DNA of 64,000 nucleotides from Chloroflexota bacterium (GCA_027623195.1 JAQBUT010000004.1:81609-145608), one strand, 5' to 3'. Shown: positions 35,239 through 44,800, counted from the stretch's first letter. Numbers and translations: made by a program. Notes: a model not told the origin generated them from the letters alone.

Positions 35239-36087
35239 ATGCGAGTGACAATCCGAGACCTGAAGAACATGAAGGCGCGTGGCGAGAAGATAGCCATGAT
35301 AACCGCCTACGACTACACGTCGGCCATGATAGTCGAGAGGGCGGGCATACCTATCATTCTGGTTGGCGACAGCCTCGGGCACGTAATAATGGGCCACGAC
35401 TCCACGGTACCCGTGACTATGGCGGATATGATCCACCACATTCAGGCAGTAATGCGCGGCACGGAGAAGACTCACGTAGTCGGCGACATGCCATTCATGA
35501 GCTATCAGGCCGACGCTGCCGACGGCGTTCGCAACGCCGGACGCCTGCTTAAAGAGGGCGGTTGCCAGTCGGTTAAGCTGGAGGGCGGACGCCCGGTGGC
35601 TGACATCGTGCGAAAGATTGTGCAGGCAGGCATACCTGTGATGGGTCACCTGGGCCTGACTCCTCAAGCGGTGAACCAGCTTGGCGGATACCGAATCCAG
35701 GGACGCACCACCAAGGCTGCTGTCGAGCTAATCGACGACGCTAAGGCCCTGGAAGAGGCTGGCGCTTACGCTCTGGTCCTGGAAGGCGTACCCACGCAAC
35801 TGGCCCAGATGGTAACCGAACGACTCAGCATCCCCACCATAGGTATAGGCGCGGGCGTGCATTGCGACGGTCAGGTTCAGGTGTTCCACGACCTGCTGGG
35901 GCTATTCGACGACTTCGCTCCCAAGCACGCCAGAAAATACGCCAACCTGTCGGAAGTTATTCAGGACGCAGTTTCGCGATATGTCAGCGATGTGCAGGCC
36001 CGGACCTTCCCCAATGAAAAGGAGAGCTTCAATATGAAGCCTGAGGTGGCGCAGGAGCTTACCGGCCAGCACTTCGAGACGGTATAA
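35239..36087 (+). CDS. panB: 3-methyl-2-oxobutanoate hydroxymethyltransferase
   Basis: The PanB pattern is clear (ITAYDY, LVGDSLG, VKLEGG). Length is 282 aa. Confidence 0.9.
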   Translation: MRVTIRDLKNMKARGEKIAMITAYDYTSAMIVERAGIPIILVGDSLGHVIMGHDSTVPVTMADMIHHIQAVMRGTEKTHVVGDMPFMSYQADAADGVRNAGRLLKEGGCQSVKLEGGRPVADIVRKIVQAGIPVMGHLGLTPQAVNQLGGYRIQGRTTKAAVELIDDAKALEEAGAYALVLEGVPTQLAQMVTERLSIPTIGIGAGVHCDGQVQVFHDLLGLFDDFAPKHARKYANLSEVIQDAVSRYVSDVQARTFPNEKESFNMKPEVAQELTGQHFETV

Positions 36088-36098
36088 GTCCTGACTGC

Positions 36099-36929
36099 AT
36101 GAAAGTAATCGACACTATAGCTGAATTTCGGAATACGTCTGCAGGTGCGGCCAAACCGTTGGGCTTGGTGCCCACCATGGGATTCCTACACCAGGGGCAC
36201 ATGTCGCTGGTGCAGAGGGCCCGTGCCGAAAACGCTACGGTCGCCGTCAGCATTTTCGTTAACCCTACGCAGTTCAGTCCTAATGAGGATTTTTCGGCCT
36301 ACCCACGGAATATGGGCGCCGATCTTGCCATGCTCAGGGAAGCTGGCGTTGATCTAGTCTTCGCCCCACGTGCCGAAGAGGTATACCCGTCGGGCTTCGA
36401 GACGCAGGTGGACGTAGGCAACATCGCCTCCAGGCTGGAGGGGGAACACAGGCCGGGCCACTTCAAGGGCGTCGCCACAGTCGTATGCAAACTGTTGACC
36501 ATCGTCAGGCCCGACAGGTGCTACTTCGGTCAGAAGGACGCGCAGCAATGCCTGGTCATACAACGGCTCAATACCGACCTTAACCTGGGCGCAGAAATTG
36601 TCGTTTGTCCTACGGTGCGGGAACCGGACGGTCTGGCCCTCAGCAGCCGCAACGTAAACCTCAGCCCCGACGAACGTAATGCGTCGTTGGTGCTGTACCG
36701 CGCGCTGTCCAAAGCCAAGGCCATGCGAGACTCCGGGGTCGCCGATGCTGAGGAAATCAAGCTAGCCATGCGAAACTTAATCGAGGGCGAACCCCTGGCG
36801 CAGATTGGTTACGTCAGCGTGGCCGACCCGTTCACCTTGCTGGAGCTAAGTAATATAGACGGACAAGCTCTGGCCTCCATGGCCGTGCACATCGGCAAAA
36901 CCCGGCTCATCGACAACATGGTGATATGA
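36099..36929 (+). CDS. panC: pantoate--beta-alanine ligase
   Basis: The PanC pattern is present (PTMGFLHQGHMSLV, SIFVNPTQF, FGQKD). Confidence 0.9.
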   Translation: MKVIDTIAEFRNTSAGAAKPLGLVPTMGFLHQGHMSLVQRARAENATVAVSIFVNPTQFSPNEDFSAYPRNMGADLAMLREAGVDLVFAPRAEEVYPSGFETQVDVGNIASRLEGEHRPGHFKGVATVVCKLLTIVRPDRCYFGQKDAQQCLVIQRLNTDLNLGAEIVVCPTVREPDGLALSSRNVNLSPDERNASLVLYRALSKAKAMRDSGVADAEEIKLAMRNLIEGEPLAQIGYVSVADPFTLLELSNIDGQALASMAVHIGKTRLIDNMVI

Positions 36930-36951
36930 TGAGTGACCGCAATATGGTTTA

Positions 36952-37749
36952 TTGGAGACCCGCTTGAACATCCTCATCACCAATGACGACAGCGTAAACG
37001 CGACCGGCCTATGGACGCTGGCCAGGGCATTACAGGAGCTAGGCACCGTGACAGTCGTTGCGCCAGACCGCGACCAGAGTGGTATCGGCGCTGCGCTTAC
37101 GCTGCAAGCCGTCGTTCGGACCCGCGAAGTGGACCCACCTCCAGTGGAAGGCATTCGCACGATTGCGGTAGAAGGCACGCCGGCGGACTGCGTTGTTCTG
37201 GCAGTGGAAAGCCTGGTGTCCGGTCCCATCGACCTGCTGGTTTCCGGGATCAACCAGGGTTCAAATTTAGGCATGGACGTGATGGTATCCGGGACGTTTG
37301 GCGGAGCAATGCAGGGTTACTTTCGCAACATACCCTCCATCGCTATTTCAGTGGCCTCTCTCACCAACGTCCAGTACGATGCAGCCGCGCTAACGGCCAA
37401 AACTCTGGCAAAATCCATTTCCAGTAATGGATTCACGGCGCCTCTCATGTTTAACGTCAACCTACCCAACGCCACGCCGGACCGCATCCAGAATGTAGAC
37501 ATCACCCGGCTGGGACCACGCCAATACCTGGAGAACGTGGAGCGGGGAACCAACGGTCGAGCGACTCACTACTGGATAAAGCACAACAAGAACATCAACC
37601 CCACCGTCGCCGAGGGCACGGACATATGGGCCATTCGCAACAGCCGTATATCAATCACCCCTATGAACGGCCTGTTTGGCCCCGATGAATCCTCTCCTGA
37701 TTTTCAGGTGCTGGCGGACGATGTGGCAAACAGCCTGGGCATCGCATGA
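36952..37749 (+). CDS. surE: 5'/3'-nucleotidase SurE
   Basis: It has the N-terminal ILITNDDS motif and the GINQGSNLG motif. Confidence 0.85.
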   Translation: METRLNILITNDDSVNATGLWTLARALQELGTVTVVAPDRDQSGIGAALTLQAVVRTREVDPPPVEGIRTIAVEGTPADCVVLAVESLVSGPIDLLVSGINQGSNLGMDVMVSGTFGGAMQGYFRNIPSIAISVASLTNVQYDAAALTAKTLAKSISSNGFTAPLMFNVNLPNATPDRIQNVDITRLGPRQYLENVERGTNGRATHYWIKHNKNINPTVAEGTDIWAIRNSRISITPMNGLFGPDESSPDFQVLADDVANSLGIA

Positions 37750-37857
37750 CGCCTCCCTGTTCATCTTAGGGAACAGTTGACAGGCATTGGCCTCCCCCAC
37801 GACAATTGGCAGCGAGCGAATACCCGCTAACTACGTGCTAATTAATAGGAGGCCACC

Positions 37858-38184
37858 ATGATCTACGAGTACCGCGTTTACGAGACTTTACCTGGAATGC
37901 TCCCTAACCTTCACGCCCGATTCCGCGACCACACCACCAAGATCTTCGAGCGACACGGCATCAAGAACATCGGCTACTGGACTTCCGAGGTAGGCGACTT
38001 CTCCGACAGACTCATTTACATCGTGGCCTTTGAAGACGCCGGACAGCGTCAAAGGGCCTGGGAATCCTTCCGCAACGACCCAGAGTGGCAGAAGGTCCGC
38101 GCAGAATCCGAGGCCAACGGTCTCATCGTTAAGCGCGTGTCCAACAGTCTTCTGAATCCCACCGACTACTCGCCCCTACAGTAG
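37858..38184 (+). CDS. NIPSNAP family protein
   Basis: The 108-aa product begins MIYEYRVYE, typical of the NIPSNAP dimeric alpha-beta barrel. Confidence 0.7.
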   Translation: MIYEYRVYETLPGMLPNLHARFRDHTTKIFERHGIKNIGYWTSEVGDFSDRLIYIVAFEDAGQRQRAWESFRNDPEWQKVRAESEANGLIVKRVSNSLLNPTDYSPLQ

Positions 38185-38338
38185 ACAATCTATCCACCGG
38201 AATTATGGTTCCTTGCCATACCGCCGTCGCCGTTATATGCTAGGCGGCGGCACTGGCGTGGGCACGCCTTCCCGCACCGTGTGCCATCATGAAAATTGCT
38301 TTCCGCTATACATCTAAAAAGAGGAGGAAGAGCACGCA

Positions 38339-39481
38339 ATGGCTGATTTGCGCAGAACTGTCGCCATAGTTGGCGTAGCCGAATCCGACGAGATCGGACG
38401 AGTAGAGAAATCAAATCTTCAGCTTCATGCCGAAGCTGCCTACAACGCCCTGGAGGACGCCGGGCTGACAATGAAGGACGTCAACGGCCTTATGACGGCT
38501 GGCACCTCAACGATCAACCTGGGCGAGTACCTGGGCGTACAGCCCATGTTCACAGATACCACGGCAGTTGGCGGATCGTCGTTCATCATCCACATAGCCC
38601 ACGCTATGGCCGCCATCAACGCCGGCTACTGCGACACCATCCTGGTCACCCACGGCGAGGCGGGACGCAGCGCCCGTTCCCGGCCCGGCGCGAACGCCTC
38701 GGATCCGGGGCCGCAATACGAGATTCCGTACGGGTTCATCGGCGCCCCCATCAACTACGCCATGGCCGCCCGACGTTACATGCACATCTACGGCGACGAC
38801 TATACTCGGCAGGGCATGGCCGAGGTAGCCGTGGCAACCCGCAAGTGGGCCAACCTTAACCCCAAGGCCTACATGCAGGGTCAGGAAATGTCCTTCGACG
38901 ACTACCACGACTCCCGCTGGATCTCGTGGCCTTTCCATCTGTTCGACTGCTGCCTGGTGACAGACGCCGGCGGCGCATACGTGGTCACTACGGCCGAGCG
39001 CGCACGCAACCTGCCCAAGAAGCCCGTATACGTATTGGGCGCAGGCGAGGGCCACGACCACGGCATCCTTAGCCAGATGCCTGACCTAACCCGCACATGG
39101 GCCAGGAACTCCGGCCCTGCTGCCATGAAAATGGCAGGCGTCACTCACAACGACATCGATCTGGCCATGATTTACGACTCCTTCACCTACACTGTGCTGG
39201 CCACACTGGAAAGCCTGGGCTTCTGCGGTCCCGGAGAGGCTCCTGACTTCGTCAAGGACCAGCGCACGGCACCCGGTGGAAACTTCGCCATGAACACCAG
39301 CGGTGGCGGCCTGTCCTACACACACTCGGGCATGTATGGCATGTTCCTGGTGCTCGAGGCGGTACGTCAGCTTCGCGGCGAGACCGGCGAAAGGCAGATT
39401 GATAATCCCAAGCTGTCTCTGGTCCACGGTACCGGCGGGTCCCTGTCATCCACAGGAACCGTAATCCTGGGTGTCGACTAA
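38339..39481 (+). CDS. thiolase-like (SCP-x/Ltp-type) protein
   Basis: The product is 380 aa with a thiolase fold pattern and a C-terminal NTSGGGLS motif. It is paired with a DUF35 OB-fold gene. Confidence 0.75.
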   Translation: MADLRRTVAIVGVAESDEIGRVEKSNLQLHAEAAYNALEDAGLTMKDVNGLMTAGTSTINLGEYLGVQPMFTDTTAVGGSSFIIHIAHAMAAINAGYCDTILVTHGEAGRSARSRPGANASDPGPQYEIPYGFIGAPINYAMAARRYMHIYGDDYTRQGMAEVAVATRKWANLNPKAYMQGQEMSFDDYHDSRWISWPFHLFDCCLVTDAGGAYVVTTAERARNLPKKPVYVLGAGEGHDHGILSQMPDLTRTWARNSGPAAMKMAGVTHNDIDLAMIYDSFTYTVLATLESLGFCGPGEAPDFVKDQRTAPGGNFAMNTSGGGLSYTHSGMYGMFLVLEAVRQLRGETGERQIDNPKLSLVHGTGGSLSSTGTVILGVD

Positions 39482-39507
39482 CAACTACTTATAATGAGGA
39501 GCCGATA

Positions 39508-39924
39508 ATGACTTCCGATTACAAAAAGCCAATACCCGTCCCGCAGTTCGAGTCCGACCACTACTGGCAGAAGGCCAAGGAGAAGGAGCTGTGGCTGCGC
39601 AAGTGCAACGCCTGCAGCAAGGTCTACTTCTACCCCAGGGACATTTCGCCGTGCTGCTTTTCCAGGGACACCACCTGGGTTCAGGCCAGTGGCAAGGCCA
39701 CGCTATTCACCTACGGCATAGTGCAGAGGGCGCCCCATCCTGGTTTCGTGCCGGATGTGCCCTTCGTTACTGCAATGGTGGAGCTTGAAGAGGGACCTAT
39801 CATGGCAACAAACATCGTCATGGACGACCCTACGCCTGAGAAGCTGCAAGTTGGCATGGCGCTAGAAGTGGTGTTCGAGGACATCACAGACACGATCGCT
39901 CTGCCGAAGTTCAAGCCTGCATAG
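39508..39924 (+). CDS. Zn-ribbon/OB-fold protein (DUF35 family)
   Basis: It has a C-x2-C ... C-C rubredoxin-like knuckle followed by an OB-fold, and lies immediately downstream of the thiolase-like gene. Confidence 0.75.
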   Translation: MTSDYKKPIPVPQFESDHYWQKAKEKELWLRKCNACSKVYFYPRDISPCCFSRDTTWVQASGKATLFTYGIVQRAPHPGFVPDVPFVTAMVELEEGPIMATNIVMDDPTPEKLQVGMALEVVFEDITDTIALPKFKPA

Positions 39925-39937
39925 GCTGCGTCATGAG

Positions 39938-39978
39938 AAAAAAAGAGGGCCGGTCAATTGACCGGCCCTCTTTTTTTT
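39938..39978. terminator. bidirectional rho-independent terminator
   Basis: An A-run, a GAGGGCCGGTC/GACCGGCCCTC stem with an AATT loop, and a T8 run. Confidence 0.8.
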
Positions 39979-39981
39979 GCC

Positions 39982-40308
39982 TTAGCTTTTGGCGTTTGCC
40001 TTGCACTCGTCGCAAGGACACAACTTTCTAAGCAGTTCAAATGGGTAAATGCCCGTATAGTGGGTATCGCTCCAGAGGAATTGAATAGCATATTTACCCA
40101 CAGGAATGTGGTCTTCTATGCGAATGTTCGCCTCCACAGTGGCAGGGTCCAGTAGAGGCCGGTTCGTCCACTCTTCCACGCATTCAGCACATGAGCAGTT
40201 GATTCGCAGGTACTTGGACTCATAGTGACTCATGTGGCCGTCACTCCACTCCAAGTCCAACCCATCGTCGCCTATTTTTAGCCTGCTTACCTTGTGATTG
40301 GTCGTCAT
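39982..40308 (-). CDS. DUF971 family protein (gamma-butyrobetaine hydroxylase N-terminal-like Zn-binding domain)
   Basis: The 108-aa product has CSCAEC and CPCDEC motifs. Confidence 0.7.
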   Translation of the reverse strand: MTTNHKVSRLKIGDDGLDLEWSDGHMSHYESKYLRINCSCAECVEEWTNRPLLDPATVEANIRIEDHIPVGKYAIQFLWSDTHYTGIYPFELLRKLCPCDECKANAKS

Positions 40309-40419
40309 ACGTTCCTCGGCTGATGCTGCGTTAGGTGCTTTCGCTGCGTCGCCCCGCGCACGTAGGCTTTGGCGTGGGGCGTTGTGACGTAGTTCCAGTA
40401 TATGGCACCTTGGAATCCC

Positions 40420-40466
40420 ACAACAACAGAAAGGCCGTCCTGAAACTAATCAGAGCGGCCTTTCTA
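40420..40466 (-). terminator. rho-independent terminator downstream of the S8 peptidase gene
   Basis: A 10-bp stem (AGAAAGGCCG / CGGCCTTTCT) is followed on the minus strand by TGTTGTTG. Confidence 0.55.
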
Positions 40467-40493
40467 GCTAATCCATTTGGCGATTTTGAAGTG

Positions 40494-42324
40494 CTACGGC
40501 TTGAAGATCACCATCGTGGTGCCGTCGCTATCTGCATCCGGGTCGTGATTGTCGTCCTGGTCATAGGTATACGTCTTATGGCCGACACCGGTGACTTGGA
40601 ACGTTACACCGGCTACGCCGTCATCAAATCTGTCACTTCTGAACCTACAGGTGCCATCCAGCTTTACACGGCAGGAATCAGTATCGGTTCCGTCAGGTGT
40701 AGTCCAAGTAACCTCAACCCTGGCCCGATTTACGGCAACTTCGCCGGAGTCGTGAACAAGGACAGTCACGTATGCCTCCCACCTACCACGCCTACCTTGT
40801 TTGATCGAGACATCTATGTCTCCAACGTGCATCAGCTTAAGAACTACGGGGGGTGCCGAACTTACGGTCAGCGTCGCGTTGTTACTAATAACGCCGTCCA
40901 TAAGTGCCACGATATTCGCGGTGCCCTCTTCTACGCCGTTGGCCATACCCGTGTCATCCACAGTGGCCACGGCTGTATCAGAGCTATCCCAGTTAACGCT
41001 TGACGTCACGTTTACAAAAGAGCCGTCGTCATAATTCGCAACAGCCTTGTACTGCTGGGACTTGCCCTTCTCTATGGTCTTATTGGCAGGCGAAACGTCG
41101 ATAGAAGTCAAAACCGGGTCAGATGTCGGAGGAGGTGGTGACGCCGTTCCTACGTGGGGCAGTCCATATCCGGAGGCTACATCGTAGCCAACGCCTGCGC
41201 CCCTGCCGCTCGTGATATCAGTAGCCGTCGTCCTCAGATACGTTCTGGTGCTATTGGGGTCGCCCTGCCACAGCTTTGCAGCCAGGCCCGCGACCTGCGG
41301 TGCGGCCATGGAAGTGCCCGAGTAATAGGCATAACCGCTAGGTTCAATTGCAGTAGGGAACGTTGATTCCACAATTTTGCCGGCAGCGGCAAACTCGATT
41401 TCGCCGATGCTAACCACGCTGTCGTCACCGTCGTCCACGCCTCGGCTGCTGAAATTAGTCACAGACTCGGCATTATCTATGGCCGCAACGGCAATGACGT
41501 TAGGGTCCCAGGCAGGATACTCTATGCTACCGCGGGCAGGTCCAGTGTTACCAGCCGAGGCTACAAATAGAATGCTGCCCTTATGCCTGTCTATGGCTGC
41601 CGCTATCCGAGAGTCAGACGACGGACCGCCAATGCTCATTGTTATTACGTTAACGAGATTGTTATTACCCAGGTAATCTATGGCTGCCGCAATGTCGTCG
41701 GCAAGGCAACCCGAGGAGGAGCAGACCATTATGGAATAAAGGCCCGCCTCCGGAGCTACGCCCCAAATGCCGGTGTGAGTGGAGCCACCATCAGCCACAG
41801 CCGAACCAGCCGTGTGGGTGCCGTGGCCGTCCCAGTCCTGGCAGGTATTGTTGGCTGCATCACTTAGGGCAAGGCTACCAGTGGCATCCTTGCAACCCAC
41901 TACACGGCCAACCAGGTCGGGGTGATTCCGGTCAATGCCGGTATCCAGGTGACCAATGGTAATGCCTGCGCCACCGGATGTCTGGCTAATACCAGTATCA
42001 GAGTAGATCTGCTCAATTCCATAAGGCGTAGGGTCTGAGGGTACACCGTTGGGATGGTAGACCGCTACGTTGCTCGTGCTTAGACCAAGGTTCTTAACGT
42101 CCTGCCTGGATTTGCCATCCAGCTTGACAGAGAAGCCGCCCTGGAATCCGTGCCTATATTCCACCATCGCTACGCGCCAGAAAACTCTGTACCTCAGGCG
42201 AGCTCTCATCAGCGTCTATGTAGACGTATTCGGGAGCGTCGGCATCCACGTGGTAGGTCCCTACCGTGGATGCAAGGACAATGGCAGCTGTTAACGCCGC
42301 CAGGATGCTCCATCGTCTATTCAC
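40494..42324 (-). pseudogene. secreted S8 (subtilisin-family) serine peptidase with Big_2 domain, frameshifted near the propeptide
   Basis: The catalytic motifs DTGID, HGTHTAG and GTSMAAP lie in ORF 40494-42209. A signal peptide and propeptide start (VNRRWSILAALTAAIVLAST...SFLARSDGGI-TAG) lie in another frame from the GTG at 42324/42327 (GAGGAGG RBS) to 42154. Confidence 0.65.
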
Positions 42325-42946
42325 CACTTCCTCCTCGTCCTTAACTTCGTAATTCAGCCACGAAGTAGCCGGTGGTCTACACCCTGTTGTTTACACCCGT
42401 AGGTTGTTCGTGCAGACCGCAATACGCATAATATATCCCGTATTCGGGCCTGCGAAACCGTATTAAACAGCCATTCACATAATCGTCGCCTATACAAAAC
42501 ATAACCACTCTTCTCGTTAATCTGCTCCGCCGGCCTGCCTCCTAGATATAAACCAGATGGGATTAAGATTTGCACATGAAATCAAGAATCAGCGCAATAC
42601 GAACAATTACGCTATTTTCCTGTGATTCGTGCGGAGGGCAAACCCTTAAGCGCAGCCTAACAATGACGTCAAGAAAGCAAATGTAACCTGGAACCGAAGG
42701 GCATTGTTGAACTGGCGCACTATGATAATCTTGCGGCAAGGCTAACTTGGGCTCGAAGCCTGTTTTTCCAACGGACCCTTCAGCGACAAACGTGCTTCGT
42801 TCTGCGCCTGGAAATAGCCAAAACGTCATGCATCTTTTCGGAGGAGCCTGAACTGGTCGATTTGTAGGTCTGATCAACATAACCAGGGCCGAATCAGTTC
42901 GGAAATCGAAGATGTCTGGCCTATTGAACGTAGTGGGAGTGATGAA

Positions 42947-43759
42947 ATGAAGATGAAGAAGACCCGATGGCCGCTATTTGTGGTGGCGACACTCTTGGTT
43001 GCGATGCTAACCCTGCCTGCTGTGGCGAGTGCAGACCACGCCTGGGGTAGTTACCACTGGGCCCGCACAGCTAGTCCCCTGCCTCTGTCCCTCGGAGACA
43101 ACGTCTCCGGAGCTTGGGATGTGCACCTGGCCGCCGCCAATTCGGATTGGAACCTGTCACCGGTGCTCGACAATACCGTGGACGCAGGCCGCACTAATCC
43201 AAGAAAATGCAGCCCCGGTTCGGGCTTGGTCGAGATTTGCAATGCCCAATACGGCTTTAACGGCTGGCTCGGCATCGCTGGTATCTGGGCATCCGGAGAC
43301 CACATTACCAAGGGTTACGTGAAGGTTAACGATTCGTACTTCGACACTAGCACCTACAACACACCCGAGTGGCGTCAGTTGGTGATGTGCCAGGAGGTCG
43401 GTCACGTATTCGGCCTTGGTCACCAGGACGAAAACTTTAACAACCTGAATCTTGACACCTGCATGGACTACTCGAGCAGTCCTGGTTCAAACCAGAACCC
43501 AAACCAGCATGATTACGACATGTTGGCTTCAATGTATGCCCATTTAGATGCCTTTGACTCCTATTCTGCCGCGCCGATCGACGGCGGGTCCGGCGAAGGA
43601 AATGGTAATGGCCGGGGCAAAAAGGGCGAGGCGCCTGGGCTGGTCATGAGCGAGTGGGGCAAAGCCATCAGCACCGATGGTAAAGGCCGCCCCGACCTAT
43701 TCGAGGTCGATTTGGGGAACGGCAACAAGGTGCTCACCCACGTGTTCTGGGCCAACTAA
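42947..43759 (+). CDS. secreted metzincin-like putative zinc metalloprotease with QExxHxxGxxH variant motif
   Basis: It has a signal peptide (MKMKKTRWPLFVVATLLVAMLTLPAVASA), the motif QEVGHVFGLGHQD, and a downstream CMDY Met-turn-like segment. Confidence 0.6.
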   Translation: MKMKKTRWPLFVVATLLVAMLTLPAVASADHAWGSYHWARTASPLPLSLGDNVSGAWDVHLAAANSDWNLSPVLDNTVDAGRTNPRKCSPGSGLVEICNAQYGFNGWLGIAGIWASGDHITKGYVKVNDSYFDTSTYNTPEWRQLVMCQEVGHVFGLGHQDENFNNLNLDTCMDYSSSPGSNQNPNQHDYDMLASMYAHLDAFDSYSAAPIDGGSGEGNGNGRGKKGEAPGLVMSEWGKAISTDGKGRPDLFEVDLGNGNKVLTHVFWAN

Positions 43760-43782
43760 GCCTTCGACACCACCTGTAATTG

Positions 43783-43820
43783 AAAAGAGGGCCTGGCTTA
43801 TCGCCAGCCCCTCTTTTTTA
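43783..43820. terminator. bidirectional rho-independent terminator
   Basis: AAAA, a GAGGGCCTGGC/GCCAGCCCCTC stem and TTTTTT lie between convergent genes. Confidence 0.7.
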
Positions 43821-43843
43821 TTAGCTAGACTTCGTTCTGAGCT

Positions 43844-44800
43844 CTAGCCCTGCTTTACCAGCTTCTGCATGGAGCGTAGCTCTTTCGGCGGGTCCATCTT
43901 GCTGCCGTAGTCTGCCCAGGAGACCTCCGCCACGTAGATGTCGCCCTTCGAATCCACCGCAATCCCATGCGGCGAGTAGAATCTGCCAGGCTCATCCCCG
44001 TAGGTCTCCAAGCCTAACTTGGCAAGATAGTTGCCCTTCAGGTCGCTGATCGTCACCCTGGGGCCAAGATTCGTACCCATGCGGTTATTGCCAATGCCGG
44101 CGAAGTACTCCCCGATGTACATCAGAGGCTGGCTTCCACGATAATCCAGGTGAAGACATGCGGCTCTGGACAGGTTCACCCACTGAGTCTCGTACTTGCC
44201 TTCGGGGCTGAAGACCTGAATGCGGTGGTTCTCCCTGTCTGCAATGTATACCCAGCCATCGCGATCAACTGCCACGTAGTGGACGATGTTGAACTGTCCC
44301 TCGGCCGTGCCGGACTCGCCCCAGGAGAGAATCTCCTTGCCGTCCGGCGAGTACTTATGCACCACAGCGTTGGAGTAGCCATCCGCGATGTAGAAGTCGC
44401 CGTTGCGCGGATCGAATCCCACGTGAGTCGGTCCGCTGAATGGCTTGCCGCTCATGGGAACAGAACGCTGGCCCGGCGTGCCCATCGTCTTCAGTAGCTT
44501 TCCGTCAGAGGTGAACTGCCTTACTGAATGGTCGGCATTATCCACACACCATATGGTTCCATCCGGCCCCACCGTCACGCCGTGCGGGCTGGTGAATATG
44601 CCGTGACCCCAGGTCTGCTGCACCTTGCCATCAGTGTCGAACACTATCATGGGATTGGTGCCGCGGTTGAAGACGTACACGTTGTCATTGGGATCCACGG
44701 CTACAGACGTGGCTTCCTTATAAGTCGAGCCTTCCGGGATGTCACCCCAGTCTTCGCCCGACACCTCGTAAACATAATCGCCAGAGCCTAGTAAAGGCAT
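43844..44800 (-). CDS. NHL-repeat beta-propeller protein (peptidyl-alpha-hydroxyglycine alpha-amidating lyase-like)
   Basis: Repeated P-x-G-[IV]-x-V-D...[IV]-Y-V-x-D NHL-type blades. Length is 318 aa, with no signal peptide. Confidence 0.7.
   Translation of the reverse strand: MPLLGSGDYVYEVSGEDWGDIPEGSTYKEATSVAVDPNDNVYVFNRGTNPMIVFDTDGKVQQTWGHGIFTSPHGVTVGPDGTIWCVDNADHSVRQFTSDGKLLKTMGTPGQRSVPMSGKPFSGPTHVGFDPRNGDFYIADGYSNAVVHKYSPDGKEILSWGESGTAEGQFNIVHYVAVDRDGWVYIADRENHRIQVFSPEGKYETQWVNLSRAACLHLDYRGSQPLMYIGEYFAGIGNNRMGTNLGPRVTISDLKGNYLAKLGLETYGDEPGRFYSPHGIAVDSKGDIYVAEVSWADYGSKMDPPKELRSMQKLVKQG

Noticed and set aside
40335-41003. A 222-aa plus-strand ORF overlapping the 3' part of the S8 peptidase gene.
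   Set aside because: It lies antisense to a gene with clear Big_2 and subtilase motifs, has no RBS, and starts inside a terminator region.
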